Assembly: GCA_035548315.1 (NCBI GenBank)
Contig: DASZTF010000044.1
Coordinates: forward strand, 95,484-159,483
Source: Minisyncoccota bacterium
GTDB taxonomy: Bacteria > Patescibacteriota > Minisyncoccia > Phycocordibacterales > Phycocordibacteraceae
Length of the DNA stretch: 64,000 nt
Direction of reading: 5' to 3'
Under the pieces are notes generated by a model. That model did not search any database. It was given only the letters and a program-made list of their open reading frames with translations, and was not told the DNA's origin. Of this stretch, positions 46,526 through 56,419 are shown one piece after another. Numbering within the stretch: the stretch's first letter is position 1; each line of letters starts with the position of its first letter. The translations under genes and the position numbers were made by a program.

Positions 46526-46574
46526 CGGGCGTGACCCGTCAGGGTTACTCTGTACCAGAACGGGCGTGACCCGT
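46526..46574. promoter_or_regulatory. two copies of the palindromic 14-mer CGGGCGTGACCCGT, 35 bp apart
   Basis: Located in the promoter region of the 46596 gene. Each copy has ACGGG/CCCGT arms. Confidence 0.4.
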
Positions 46575-46595
46575 TCTTTCACAGGGGAGTACTGC

Positions 46596-46937
46596 ATGCT
46601 CACATTGGCACGAGTACCACTCGATGGCATGCGCGGGACCATTTCGGCAAGGCTCGTCGAGGAGGCACTCAATCAGGTCATGCCGGACGACGACCATACC
46701 TGCGCTGCCGGCACGATACTGTTCGTGGTCGATGACCTGAACAACGTGCTCAGCTGGTGTCAGTTCGGCGATAATCCTCAGTTGCGCGGACGCGTCCGTC
46801 ACGCAGCGCGGGACGAGGCTCATGGCGGCAGCGCCATCTACCTCAATCGCGGCACGCCAGAAGCACTCGAGTTCGCCGGGCGGCTCCGAGCGGCCATCTA
46901 TCAGGCGGCGGTCGAAGCGTCGACTCCAGTGCACTAG
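46596..46937 (+). CDS. hypothetical protein (113 aa)
   Basis: ORF with an internal start at MLTLARVPLDG. No family recognised. Confidence 0.35.
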   Translation: MLTLARVPLDGMRGTISARLVEEALNQVMPDDDHTCAAGTILFVVDDLNNVLSWCQFGDNPQLRGRVRHAARDEAHGGSAIYLNRGTPEALEFAGRLRAAIYQAAVEASTPVH

Positions 46938-47011
46938 TACGTTCGTGTTTCGTGCGAAAAGGCGGATCGTCCCGACGATCCGCCCTTTCAGTTGTATGCT
47001 AGGATGCCGAT

Positions 47012-48469
47012 ATGGCACTTATTGAGACGATACGCGAGGAGCGCCTCGCGAAGATTGCCCGCATGAAAGACGCGGGCATTGAACCTTACCCAGCCCAGAC
47101 CTCCCGTACCCACACGATCGAGTCGTTCCTCGCGAACCACGAATCGCTCGTGGCAGCGGGGACCGAGGTCACTATCGCGGGCCGCGTCATGTCCATACGC
47201 GAGCATGGTGCGTCCATGTTCGTGGATCTCTTTGACGGCACCAAGGGGCAGGTATTCATGGAGCACGACAAGATGCCCGACGCCTTCGACTCCTTTGTGG
47301 CGTACGCTGACCAGAGCGATATTGTGGAGGTCACAGGGGTTGCATTTACCACCAAGCGCGGTCAGCCGAGCCTCTCCGCGACCGGCTGGCGCATGCTCGC
47401 GAAGTCGCTGCGGCCCGTACCGGACGAGTGGTTCGGCATCAAGGACGAGGACGAACGCTATCGTAAGCGCTACCTCGACATTTTGCTTTCCTCTGAGCGT
47501 GCAGATCGTATCAAGCGCCGCAGCGCGTTCTGGCAGGCCATTCGCTCGTTCATGCTGGGGCGCGGATATATAGAGGTGGAGACACCCGCGCTCGAGACCA
47601 CTACGGGTGGCGCCGACGCGCGGCCATTCGAGACGCACCACAACGCGCTCGATATCTCCGTATACCTGCGCATCAGCGCGGGCGAGCTCTGGCAGAAGCG
47701 CCTCATGGTCGCGGGGCTACCGAAAGTGTTTGAGATCGGGCGCATATTCCGCAACGAGGGCATGAGCGCAGAGCACCTACAAGACTACACGCAGATGGAG
47801 TCATACGAATCGTACATGGATTACCGCGCAGGTATGGAGATGGTGCAGGCGCTCTACCGCCACATCGCCGATCAGGTATATGGCACCCGCGTATTTAAAA
47901 TAAAGGATTTTGAAATCGACCTTGGGAAAGAATGGGAGGTGTACGACTACTGCGAGCTCATTCGCTCGGAGTACGGTATTGATCCGCTCGCTACAAGCGC
48001 GGCAGAGGTGGAGCGCGTGCTCGCCGAGCGCGGTATTGCGTATGAGAAAGAAGGATTCAACCTTGAGCGAGGCGTGGACCTCCTATGGAAGCAGCAGCGC
48101 AAATCAATTGCCGGCCCCGGATTCCTCACGCGCGTACCGGTCTACCTCGAGCCGCTTGCAAAGCGCGATGCGAGCGAGCCGCGCGTCGTGGAGCGCTTCC
48201 AGGTGATCCTCGCGGGCTCGGAGATGGGGAAGGGATACAGCGAGCTCAACGATCCGGTCGACCAGGCCGAGCGCTTTGCCCGTCAACAAAAGATGCGCGA
48301 CGCGGGTGACGACGAGGCGCAGATGGAAGATAAGACCTACGTCGAGGCGCTTGAGTTTGGTATGCCGCCCACATTTGGTTTTGGCGTATCGGAACGACTC
48401 TTCTCATTCCTCGAAGGAGTCTCGGTACGGGAGGGACAGATCTTCCCGCTCATGCGTCCGCGCGAGTAG
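47012..48469 (+). CDS. lysS: lysyl-tRNA synthetase, class II
   Basis: N-terminal OB fold followed by class II motifs 1-3 (FRNEG, GELWQKRL). Confidence 0.9.
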   Translation: MALIETIREERLAKIARMKDAGIEPYPAQTSRTHTIESFLANHESLVAAGTEVTIAGRVMSIREHGASMFVDLFDGTKGQVFMEHDKMPDAFDSFVAYADQSDIVEVTGVAFTTKRGQPSLSATGWRMLAKSLRPVPDEWFGIKDEDERYRKRYLDILLSSERADRIKRRSAFWQAIRSFMLGRGYIEVETPALETTTGGADARPFETHHNALDISVYLRISAGELWQKRLMVAGLPKVFEIGRIFRNEGMSAEHLQDYTQMESYESYMDYRAGMEMVQALYRHIADQVYGTRVFKIKDFEIDLGKEWEVYDYCELIRSEYGIDPLATSAAEVERVLAERGIAYEKEGFNLERGVDLLWKQQRKSIAGPGFLTRVPVYLEPLAKRDASEPRVVERFQVILAGSEMGKGYSELNDPVDQAERFARQQKMRDAGDDEAQMEDKTYVEALEFGMPPTFGFGVSERLFSFLEGVSVREGQIFPLMRPRE

Positions 48470-48472
48470 TAG

Positions 48473-48503
48473 AAAGGCGGTCCAGAAGGACCGCCTTTGT
48501 TCG
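48473..48503 (+). terminator. rho-independent terminator
   Basis: AAAGGCGGTCC-agaa-GGACCGCCTTTGTT. Confidence 0.65.
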
Positions 48504-48518
48504 TTGGGCATAGGTTTT

Positions 48519-48680
48519 TTAAAGCCGATCTTCTTGCCAGAGTCGCGTGATCCGACCCACCTTTTCTTGATAGTCAGGTGTCGGTACCGATTGTGGCGTC
48601 GTGCCCGAAGGTGCTGCGTTTTTCTTGTCGTCCTGGCCAGCAAGCGGGCCGGGTTGTTCTTCTTTGCTTCCGTTGTCCAT
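48519..48680 (-). CDS. small hydrophilic protein (53 aa)
   Basis: Strong AAAGGAGG ribosome-binding site 6 nt before the ATG (MDNGSKEE...). Coding status uncertain. Confidence 0.3.
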   Translation of the reverse strand: MDNGSKEEQPGPLAGQDDKKNAAPSGTTPQSVPTPDYQEKVGRITRLWQEDRL

Positions 48681-49022
48681 GGTCGCCTCCTTTGCACGGT
48701 GCACTGGTGAGAACCCCCTATATAGGGCGAGAACCCCGAGCCTTGCGGTCGGGGTTCTCGATTGAGATCTCTTTCCTAGATGCGCACCGTTTGGAGAGAA
48801 AGCTCAAGCGAATCCCCGACCCCCATAAGGAGGGCGCGAATAAAGACATAAAACTGAATCGCCTGATGCTTATTCATGTGTATGGATGATGATACCAGAA
48901 AGGAGCGGCTCGTCAACTTGTGTATTATCCACAGTCCCAAAAATAGGGGAGTGGGGGAGAGTGGCATATACTGGTGAGACGGTGGGATGAAGTGGAATGC
49001 TTCATTTCGCCCACAAATTCCT

Positions 49023-49445
49023 ATGTTCATCGGCGAGTACCGTCACACCTTCGATCCTAAAAATCGCATGTCGCTCCCGGCCAAGTTCCGCAAGGAACTC
49101 GGTCGCACGGTCGTGGTGACGCGTGGACTCGATAAGTGTCTCTATGTGTATCCAAAGAAAGCCTGGGAAGCCCAGGCTGCGCGCATTTCTGCGTATTCGA
49201 GCGGGAACGCTGCGGGGCGCGGACTCGCGCGCCTCATACTCGCGGGTGCGGCGGAAGCCGAGGTCGACGGCGCAGGACGCATCCTCGTGCCGGACTACTT
49301 GAAGCGGTTTGCCTCGCTTGCGACCAAGGCGGTCGTAGCGGGCGTCTCGGACCGCGTCGAGGTCTGGGATGAGGCAGCGTGGGACAAGTACACCAAGACG
49401 ATCGAGCGTGACGCCGATCAGTTCGCGGAATCGCTCGCTTCTTAA
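49023..49445 (+). CDS. mraZ: transcriptional regulator MraZ
   Basis: MFIGEYRHTFDPKNRMSLPAKFR and a second repeat (DGAGRILVPDYL). An alternative upstream start at 48987 follows a TATACT box. Confidence 0.85.
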   Translation: MFIGEYRHTFDPKNRMSLPAKFRKELGRTVVVTRGLDKCLYVYPKKAWEAQAARISAYSSGNAAGRGLARLILAGAAEAEVDGAGRILVPDYLKRFASLATKAVVAGVSDRVEVWDEAAWDKYTKTIERDADQFAESLAS

Positions 49446-49446
49446 T

Positions 49447-50397
49447 ATGCAAACGGGACACGAAAGCGTGCTTTTGAGCGAAGTGATGGAGGGACTCGCC
49501 ATCGCGCCGAGCGACATCGTCGTCGACGCTACGGTGGGCGGGGCGGGGCACTTCACCGCGCTCATGCGTGCGCTCGGCGCCGACGGCGTACTTGTGGGTA
49601 TCGACGAAGACACCGCCGCTATCGAACGTGCACGCGAGTCGCTTACGCTCGATAAGCGCGCGGAGCGCCCGATGGTCCACCTGGTCACCGATAACTTCCG
49701 GAACCTTGACCGCATTATCACACGGCTCGAGATTCCCGCGATCACGAAGGCGCTGTTTGACCTTGGGTGGAGCGGCTACCAGCTGTCGGACGGACGTGGC
49801 TTTTCTTTTCAGGGAGATGAGCCACTCCTTATGACGTACGGGAACCCAGAAGCCCATACTACGGCGGCAGAGCTCGTGAACACGCTCGGGGAAGCAGAAC
49901 TTGCAGACCTCATTTATGCGTTTGGGGAGGAGCGCTTCGCGCGACGTATCGCTAAGGCGATCGTCATGGCGCGCAAGACAAAGCGCATCACCTCGACTGC
50001 AGAACTGGTCTCCGTCATCGGATCGGCGGTACCGGCGCCGTATCGCAAGGGACGCATCCACCCGGCGACGAAAACGTTCCAGGCACTGCGTATCGCGGTA
50101 AACGACGAATTCGGCGCGATCAAGCACGGACTCTCGGCCGCGATCGGGAATCTCGCGCATGACGGGCGCATCGCGGTCATTACGTTCCATAGCATCGAGG
50201 ACCGCCTCGTGAAGACCTTGCTCCAAGATGCGGAGCGCGCAGGGAAGGGAGTCGTGCTCACGAAGAAAGTGATCACCGCTTCGCGCGAGGAAGTGCAGCG
50301 GAACCCGCGTGCACGTAGTGCGAAACTGCGCCTCTTCAAATCGACGCTGCCGTCGGCCGTTGCGGAGCTCGCCGTCGAGACCATTGCCTATGCTTAA
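49447..50397 (+). CDS. rsmH: 16S rRNA (cytosine1402-N4)-methyltransferase
   Basis: HESVLL...DATVGGAGH SAM site and TFHSIEDR motif. Confidence 0.85.
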   Translation: MQTGHESVLLSEVMEGLAIAPSDIVVDATVGGAGHFTALMRALGADGVLVGIDEDTAAIERARESLTLDKRAERPMVHLVTDNFRNLDRIITRLEIPAITKALFDLGWSGYQLSDGRGFSFQGDEPLLMTYGNPEAHTTAAELVNTLGEAELADLIYAFGEERFARRIAKAIVMARKTKRITSTAELVSVIGSAVPAPYRKGRIHPATKTFQALRIAVNDEFGAIKHGLSAAIGNLAHDGRIAVITFHSIEDRLVKTLLQDAERAGKGVVLTKKVITASREEVQRNPRARSAKLRLFKSTLPSAVAELAVETIAYA

Positions 50398-50674
50398 CCG
50401 TCTCACGACATACCTGGGTGCAACCTTTGGCGTTATGGTACTCACGTACCTCACGATGGTGGTGTTCACGGTATATCTCGCATCCGAGCAGACGCGCCTG
50501 GGGAGCGCGATCGGCGACACCCAGGCCGCTATCGGCACGCTCGAAGCCTCCTACTACCATGCGGTGACCCAGATCGATGCAGAAGACCCCACTACACTCG
50601 GCTTCACTGAGCCCGCCAGCCGTGAGTACGCGCAGGGCGCGTCTGCTCCTGTCCTCACGCGGGCAGGCATATAG
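50390..50674 (+). CDS. ftsL: FtsL-like cell-division protein
   Basis: 94-aa single-TM protein with a periplasmic coiled coil at the ftsL position. Overlaps the rsmH end by 8 nt. Confidence 0.55.
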   Translation: MLNRLTTYLGATFGVMVLTYLTMVVFTVYLASEQTRLGSAIGDTQAAIGTLEASYYHAVTQIDAEDPTTLGFTEPASREYAQGASAPVLTRAGI

Positions 50675-50676
50675 CA

Positions 50677-52413
50677 ATGCGGCACGTGTTTCGCTCGCGG
50701 TTGCGCATCGTCTTCATTCTCATCCTCGTTTTCGCGCTCCTCCTCATCGTCCGGCTCTATTTCCTCCAGGTGGTGCACGGGCGTGATTACGCCCTCGCTG
50801 CGGAGCATCAGTACGCGAACACCTCGAACACGCTCTACGATCGTGGCGATATTTACTTTACGCGCAAAGACGGCACGCTTATTTCTGCCGCGACACTGGC
50901 GACCGGCTTTTTGGTCGCGATCGACCCTGAAATACTTGCGAATCCGGAGGACACGTATCAAAAAATTAATGCGATCATCCCGCTCGATCACGACGCATTC
51001 ATGGCGCATGCGAATAAGACCGACGATCCTTACGAGGTCATCGCTGATCACGTGGCAGAAGACGCCGGGCAGAAGATCAGCGACCTCGACATCACGGGCG
51101 TGATCCTGGTGCGCGAGCGCTGGCGCAGCTACCCCGCTGGGAGCGAGGCCGCGCAGACCGTCGGGCTCGTGGCGTACGACGACGACAGCACGCTCGCTGG
51201 CCGGTACGGGCTCGAGCGCTACTACGACGATGTGCTCCAGCGACCGGGCGGTGGGCTCTTCGGCAATTTCTTCGCTGAGCTCTTCGCGAACGTGGGGAAC
51301 ACACTCGGCGATGCGCGCGAAGCGAAGCAGGGTGACGTGATTACCTCTATCGAGCCGGTGGTAGAGCAGAAGCTCGACGATGAACTCAAAAATGTAGAGT
51401 CAAAGTACGCGAGCCAAGCCTCGGGCGGCATCATCATGGATCCCGCCACCGGCGAGATCGTCGCGCTCGATGTGAATCCCTCGTTTGATCCCAATGACTT
51501 TGCCAACGAAGACGCGTCGACGTTCGGTAATCCGCTCGTGGAGCGCCGGTATGAATTCGGCTCCATTGTGAAATCCCTTACGATGACATCCGGCATCGAC
51601 TCGGGCGCGGTGACACCACAGACTACGTACAACGACACCGGCTGCATCACGGTGAATAAAAGCCGCATCTGTAACTACGACTTGCGCGCACGCGGCGTGA
51701 TCCCGATGCAGCAGATCCTTTCCCAATCGCTCAACGTCGGCGCCTCGTGGGTGGCCACGCAAGTCGGGCACGCGCGCATGCAGGCGTACTTCAAGGCGCT
51801 CGGCATGGACACCGAAACGGGTATCGACCTGCCGAGCGAAATCCCGGGCACCCTCGAGAACCTCGCGAGCCCGGGGCTCGACGTGAACTATGACACCGCG
51901 TCGTTCGGCCAAGGTATCGCGCAGACACCCGTCGAGATGATTCGCGCGCTTGGCGCGCTCGCGAACCATGGCTCCATCGTGACGCCGCACCTCGCTACGG
52001 CGATCCGACTCGATAATGGCATCACCCGCCCCTTGTCCTGGGGAGACCCCGTACAGGTCTTTAAGCCGTCCTCGGTGCAGACGGTGACCGATATGCTCGT
52101 GACCGTCGTCGATACCGCGCTCCTCCATGGCAACGCCAAGAACCCCGACTACAGCGTCGCCGCGAAGACGGGCACCGCGCAGATTGCTGCGCCGGGCGGT
52201 GGATACTATCCAGGAAGCGTCTATTTCCACTCGTTCTTCGGCTATTTCCCGGCGGAAAACCCGCGCTTTATTATCCTTCTTTACACCATCCGCCCGCAGG
52301 GCGTGGAATACGCATCGGAAACGCTCACCACATCCTTCCTTGACCTCGTGCACTTCCTGACCAACTATTACGCAGTGCCGCCTGATCGCGCTACCTATGA
52401 GAAACCTTCTTAA
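50677..52413 (+). CDS. ftsI: penicillin-binding protein (FtsI-like transpeptidase)
   Basis: SIVKS, SQSLN and KTGTA motifs. TM anchor. Confidence 0.8.
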   Translation: MRHVFRSRLRIVFILILVFALLLIVRLYFLQVVHGRDYALAAEHQYANTSNTLYDRGDIYFTRKDGTLISAATLATGFLVAIDPEILANPEDTYQKINAIIPLDHDAFMAHANKTDDPYEVIADHVAEDAGQKISDLDITGVILVRERWRSYPAGSEAAQTVGLVAYDDDSTLAGRYGLERYYDDVLQRPGGGLFGNFFAELFANVGNTLGDAREAKQGDVITSIEPVVEQKLDDELKNVESKYASQASGGIIMDPATGEIVALDVNPSFDPNDFANEDASTFGNPLVERRYEFGSIVKSLTMTSGIDSGAVTPQTTYNDTGCITVNKSRICNYDLRARGVIPMQQILSQSLNVGASWVATQVGHARMQAYFKALGMDTETGIDLPSEIPGTLENLASPGLDVNYDTASFGQGIAQTPVEMIRALGALANHGSIVTPHLATAIRLDNGITRPLSWGDPVQVFKPSSVQTVTDMLVTVVDTALLHGNAKNPDYSVAAKTGTAQIAAPGGGYYPGSVYFHSFFGYFPAENPRFIILLYTIRPQGVEYASETLTTSFLDLVHFLTNYYAVPPDRATYEKPS

Positions 52414-53680
52414 ACACGCTGTCGCAGCCGTCCTAGCGGGCATTTCGCGCGCGATCGTGGCTAAATATAAGCCCACCATTGTGATGGTCACGGGGAGTGT
52501 CGGGAAGACCTCTACCAAGGACGCTATCGCCGCCGCGCTCGCCGAACGCACCTACATCCGTGCAAGCGAGAAGAGCTTCAATAGCGAACTCGGCGTCCCC
52601 CTTACCATCATCGGCGTTCCGAATCCGTGGGCAAGCGCGCTCGGGTGGCTTGGGGTGGTGAAGGAAGGGCTCGCACTCGTGTTCTTCCCGAACCACTATC
52701 CGAAAACGCTCGTGCTTGAAGTCGGTGCAGATCAGCCGGGTGATCTTTCGAAGGTGCTCCAGATCGCGACACCCGATGTGGTCGTGGTCACCCGACTCCC
52801 GGAAGTACCCGTGCATGTGGAAGCGTACCCATCTCCTGAAGCAGTGCGCGAAGAAGAGTTTGTCCCGGCGTACGGGCTCCCGCCTGGCGCCCCACTCATC
52901 ATTTCTTCGGAAGACGAATACGCCGCCGCATATGCGAAGCGCCTCGCACTCACGATTCACACCTATGGTACGAGTAGCGATGCAGACGTGCGGGTCCATG
53001 ATGTCGATATCGCGCTCACCAGTGATCGCCCGAGCGGCATGCGGGGGAGGGTGACCGTGGACGATGTCACGATGGACCTCTCGGTACGCGGCGCACTCGG
53101 GCCGCACCAGCTCCTTGCACCCGCTGCTGCCATTGCCACCGCTGACGCGCTTGGCATTCCCCTTGAGCAGGCGCTCAAAGGACTCGAATCGTATATGCCA
53201 CCGCCAGGGCGAATGCGTATCCTTGCGGGACAAAATGACACACTTCTCATTGACGACAGTTACAACTCTTCACCAATCGCCGCAGAAGAGGCGCTCCACG
53301 CACTCAAATCACTCCCGCGGGTGAAGCGCCGCATCGCGGTTTTGGGTGACATGCTCGAACTGGGTCGCTTCTCGGTCGCAGAGCACGAGCGCATTGGAAC
53401 GCTTGCTGCAGCCTGCGTGGATATGCTGCTTACGGTAGGGATCCGCTCGCGCGCTATGGCAGAGGCGGCACGAGGTGCCGGTCCCGTGGAGGTCCACACG
53501 TTCGCTTCTGCGCAAGAAGCAGCTGCTTTTCTGCACCCGCGCCTCGCGCCCGGTGACGCCATTCTTATGAAAGGTTCGCAGAATAACATCCGCCTCGAGC
53601 GCGTCGTGGCGGCTCTTCTCGCTGATCCCGCTGACGCAGCGAAACTCGTCCGGCAGGATAAAGAGTGGCAACTCCGCTAG
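52397..53680 (+). CDS. murF: UDP-MurNAc-tripeptide--D-Ala-D-Ala ligase (N-terminal domain apparently absent)
   Basis: P-loop GSVGKTST at residue ~33, a Mur-ligase central domain, and a C-terminal domain (DDSYNSSP). Confidence 0.75.
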   Translation: MRNLLKHAVAAVLAGISRAIVAKYKPTIVMVTGSVGKTSTKDAIAAALAERTYIRASEKSFNSELGVPLTIIGVPNPWASALGWLGVVKEGLALVFFPNHYPKTLVLEVGADQPGDLSKVLQIATPDVVVVTRLPEVPVHVEAYPSPEAVREEEFVPAYGLPPGAPLIISSEDEYAAAYAKRLALTIHTYGTSSDADVRVHDVDIALTSDRPSGMRGRVTVDDVTMDLSVRGALGPHQLLAPAAAIATADALGIPLEQALKGLESYMPPPGRMRILAGQNDTLLIDDSYNSSPIAAEEALHALKSLPRVKRRIAVLGDMLELGRFSVAEHERIGTLAAACVDMLLTVGIRSRAMAEAARGAGPVEVHTFASAQEAAAFLHPRLAPGDAILMKGSQNNIRLERVVAALLADPADAAKLVRQDKEWQLR

Positions 53681-53710
53681 CGGGCACGCCGCGTACGTTA
53701 TCATGCGTAC

Positions 53711-55129
53711 ATGCCACCCGCTCGCACGGTGCGGCAGCAGGGGAGTATCACGCTCGAGATCATCATCGCGTTTGCGGTGGCGTCGCTCGTGCTTACCTCG
53801 GTGATCCTGCTTGTCGGTGGGAGCGATGCGCTTGCCTACGAGCGCAGCATTGCGGAGCGCTCGCTTGCATATGAATCTATACAAGACGCGCGCATCGCGT
53901 GGTCGAGTGACATCGCCTCGATGGCGTCGTATGCGTCGACCACTGAGCGCGATCACGTGCCATACTCGCTCGCGCTCATCGTGAGTGCTGTGACGCCCTG
54001 TCTTACCGAGCTCTCTGCTGCGGCCTCAAGCACTGGCGGGGTAGGGGACGGTATTGAGCTACGCGCCGATCTGGCGGATACCGCACTCGCTCGCGCGCTC
54101 GGCGATGACTGCGAGTACCACGCAGCAAGTGACTGGAGTCATCCGCGCGAGACCGGCACTGCACCGATAGACGCTACCGCAGTCGATGTGCTCGGCGGCA
54201 CGGTGTACCTTGGACGTTCTATGCCGCCCTACCTTGCAGTGGGAGCGGGCGACGCATCTCTCCCATTCCAAAACGGATTTGCATTGTCTGCTCCACCGAA
54301 TGCGATCGACGCCGCGCTTGTCGGAGGGACTCCGTACGTGTTTGCAGCGCTCGCTTCGTCAACGGGGCAGTTCGTCGCGGTTGATATGCGCGACCCGAGC
54401 CACCCGATTATCGCGGCGCAGCTCTCGCTCGCGGGGATCAATCCGGCCGGCAGCGATCCCGCCGCGTACCACGTGCTCTATTACGACGGCAGGGCATACG
54501 TGGTTACCCGCTACATCGCGGGTGCGCAGCCCGAACTCCATATATTCGACGTTGCCGATCCCGCGCACGCCTATGAAATGGGTAATGCAAACCTCGAGAC
54601 CACGGTACGCGGGATGACCGCGCGCACCCGGGTCGTGCACGGCGTGGCGCACACGTTTTTCTATGCTGCGACTACGTATGACACGCGCGAGCTCGCGGTA
54701 TACGACGTTACTGATCCTGCGCATGTCTCGCTCGTGTCGAGCGTGGACCTGCCCGGCACGCAGGACGGTGACAGTATCGCGGCAGAAGGGAATATGCTCT
54801 ATCTCGGCCGCGCATCTAATACAGCTGGCCCCGAGCTCTACGCGTTTGAGGTGCACGACCCGGCACAGGCTCCGGTACTTGTCGCTACAGCGGAAATTAC
54901 GAGCAAAGACATCACCGCCATCATCCCTGTGGGGAGCTTGCTGTTTGTCGCCGCTACTAATGACGGCGCGAGTAATCGCATGCTGCAGATCTGGGACATG
55001 AGCGACACCGCACACGTGTATCAGCGCGCAGCACTTAAGATCCCTGGTCTCGTGCTCGGCGGGATTGAGTATGCGAGTTCGACACTCTACGCAATCGATG
55101 CCACAACCTTTCATTCCTATGAAGACTAA
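53711..55129 (+). CDS. pilin-like protein with N-terminal class-III-type hydrophobic helix and a C-terminal LVIVD-repeat beta-propeller
   Basis: QQGSITLEIIIAFAVASLVL resembles a prepilin N-terminus. Repeated (F/Y/W)D(V/M)xDPAH(A/V) blocks (FDVADPAHAY, YDVTDPAHVS, VHDPAQAP, WDMSDTAHVY). Leaderless (TATCAT 6 nt before the ATG). Confidence 0.55.
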   Translation: MPPARTVRQQGSITLEIIIAFAVASLVLTSVILLVGGSDALAYERSIAERSLAYESIQDARIAWSSDIASMASYASTTERDHVPYSLALIVSAVTPCLTELSAAASSTGGVGDGIELRADLADTALARALGDDCEYHAASDWSHPRETGTAPIDATAVDVLGGTVYLGRSMPPYLAVGAGDASLPFQNGFALSAPPNAIDAALVGGTPYVFAALASSTGQFVAVDMRDPSHPIIAAQLSLAGINPAGSDPAAYHVLYYDGRAYVVTRYIAGAQPELHIFDVADPAHAYEMGNANLETTVRGMTARTRVVHGVAHTFFYAATTYDTRELAVYDVTDPAHVSLVSSVDLPGTQDGDSIAAEGNMLYLGRASNTAGPELYAFEVHDPAQAPVLVATAEITSKDITAIIPVGSLLFVAATNDGASNRMLQIWDMSDTAHVYQRAALKIPGLVLGGIEYASSTLYAIDATTFHSYED

Positions 55130-55508
55130 CCGCGGGTTCACGCTCATCGAAGTCATTGTGTATCTGGCGCTGTTCTCGGTGCTTATGGCCGGCGCGGTTA
55201 TGAGTTTGTCCGCAGTCACGCGCGGCGCCGACGAGCGCCGGCGCGCCGCGGCAGTCGCGAGCGAGGCAGACTTCCTCGAAGCGAAGCTCGCGGTACAGGT
55301 AGCCGAGGCGCATAGCCTTACCGGTGTCGTGTTCGACCCAGTCGCGCGCACGATAACGCTAAACGGCGTGCCGCTCACCAGCGCGAATGTATCCGTCGGT
55401 GCCTTTACAGCTGATCGCGTGGAGGACTCGCGCGGCAGCGTCGTCGCGTATGATGTTCGCTTCGTCATAGATGGCGAGGAGTTCAGTGAGCGCCTCTACC
55501 TGCCATGA
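55119..55508 (+). CDS. type IV pilin/pseudopilin
   Basis: KTNRGFTLIEVIVYLALFSVLMAG is a canonical prepilin-peptidase site (G/FTLIE). Overlaps the previous gene by 11 nt. Confidence 0.7.
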   Translation: MKTNRGFTLIEVIVYLALFSVLMAGAVMSLSAVTRGADERRRAAAVASEADFLEAKLAVQVAEAHSLTGVVFDPVARTITLNGVPLTSANVSVGAFTADRVEDSRGSVVAYDVRFVIDGEEFSERLYLP

Positions 55509-55828
55509 AAGGCTTCGCCGCACTTACCTCGGTACTCATCATCGCGGCGGTGTTACTCGTGGTAGTGGTGAGCACTAGCGTGCCGGTGTTCTATGCGCGT
55601 ATGGACCTCCTCGAGTCAGAATGGGAGGCGCAGTCCGCACTTTCTGCTCAGAGCTGTGCCGATCTAGTGAACCTGCGACGGGTGATCGATCATGCATACT
55701 CGGGAGGGGATGAAATCGAAGTGGGTGAGGCGCGGTGCGCGGTGAGTACCATTGTGCAAAAAGGAAACACAATTATATTCACCGTACAAAGCGAGTATCA
55801 CGGCTCAGTCACCGTGCTAGAGTTTTAA
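55505..55828 (+). CDS. minor pilin-like protein (no Glu5)
   Basis: MKGFAALTSVLIIAAVLLVVVVS N-terminal helix. ATGA overlap with the upstream pilin. Confidence 0.45.
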   Translation: MKGFAALTSVLIIAAVLLVVVVSTSVPVFYARMDLLESEWEAQSALSAQSCADLVNLRRVIDHAYSGGDEIEVGEARCAVSTIVQKGNTIIFTVQSEYHGSVTVLEF

Positions 55829-55856
55829 CGTTCGTTACCCATAATCCGCTCGCAAT

Positions 55857-56369
55857 ATGAAGACCGCTCGCAAGCAGTCACTGCGTCGACACGTGCACGT
55901 GTCGCGCGCCTTTACTCTTATAGAAGTCCTCGTGGTGATAGGCATCATCGCTATCCTCGCGGGGATTGTGCTCGTCGCCCTTAACCCCGGGCGCCAGTTC
56001 GCGCTCGCGCGCAACAGCGAGCGCGTGAGCAATACCACCACCATCTTGAACGCCATCGGGCAGCGTACCGCTGATAACAAGGGCATCTTTGAAGGCGCCT
56101 TTACGGTGGGAAGCGATAGTTATACATGCCCCGCGCTTACCGCTGGCACAGAGTACGACATCGCAAGTTCCGGCGGCATCGACCTCTCGTGTCTCACGCC
56201 GACCTACATCCCGGCCGCGCTGCCGTTTGACCCTTCCGCGCCAGGTGCGCACTGGAGCAGTGCCACTGACTACGACACCGGCTACCACGTCGTCATGGAT
56301 TCCTCCGGCCGGTATACCGTCTCCGCGCCATCGGCCGAACTCGGCGAGACTGTCTCAGTAACCCGGTAA
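55857..56369 (+). CDS. type IV pilin
   Basis: SRAFTLIEVLVVIGIIAILAGIVLVAL. A C-terminal Cys pair (CPAL...SCL) fits a D-region disulfide. Confidence 0.75.
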   Translation: MKTARKQSLRRHVHVSRAFTLIEVLVVIGIIAILAGIVLVALNPGRQFALARNSERVSNTTTILNAIGQRTADNKGIFEGAFTVGSDSYTCPALTAGTEYDIASSGGIDLSCLTPTYIPAALPFDPSAPGAHWSSATDYDTGYHVVMDSSGRYTVSAPSAELGETVSVTR

Positions 56370-56419
56370 TAAGGGCCTTTTTGTGGCCTGATTGCGTGCT
56401 AGTATCCCTATATCAGGCC

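Noticed and set aside
47079-47573. Overlapping plus-strand frame-shifted ORFs inside lysS and other long genes.
   Set aside because: They are alternative frames of a well-supported aminoacyl-tRNA synthetase gene, with Arg/Ser/Pro-rich translations.
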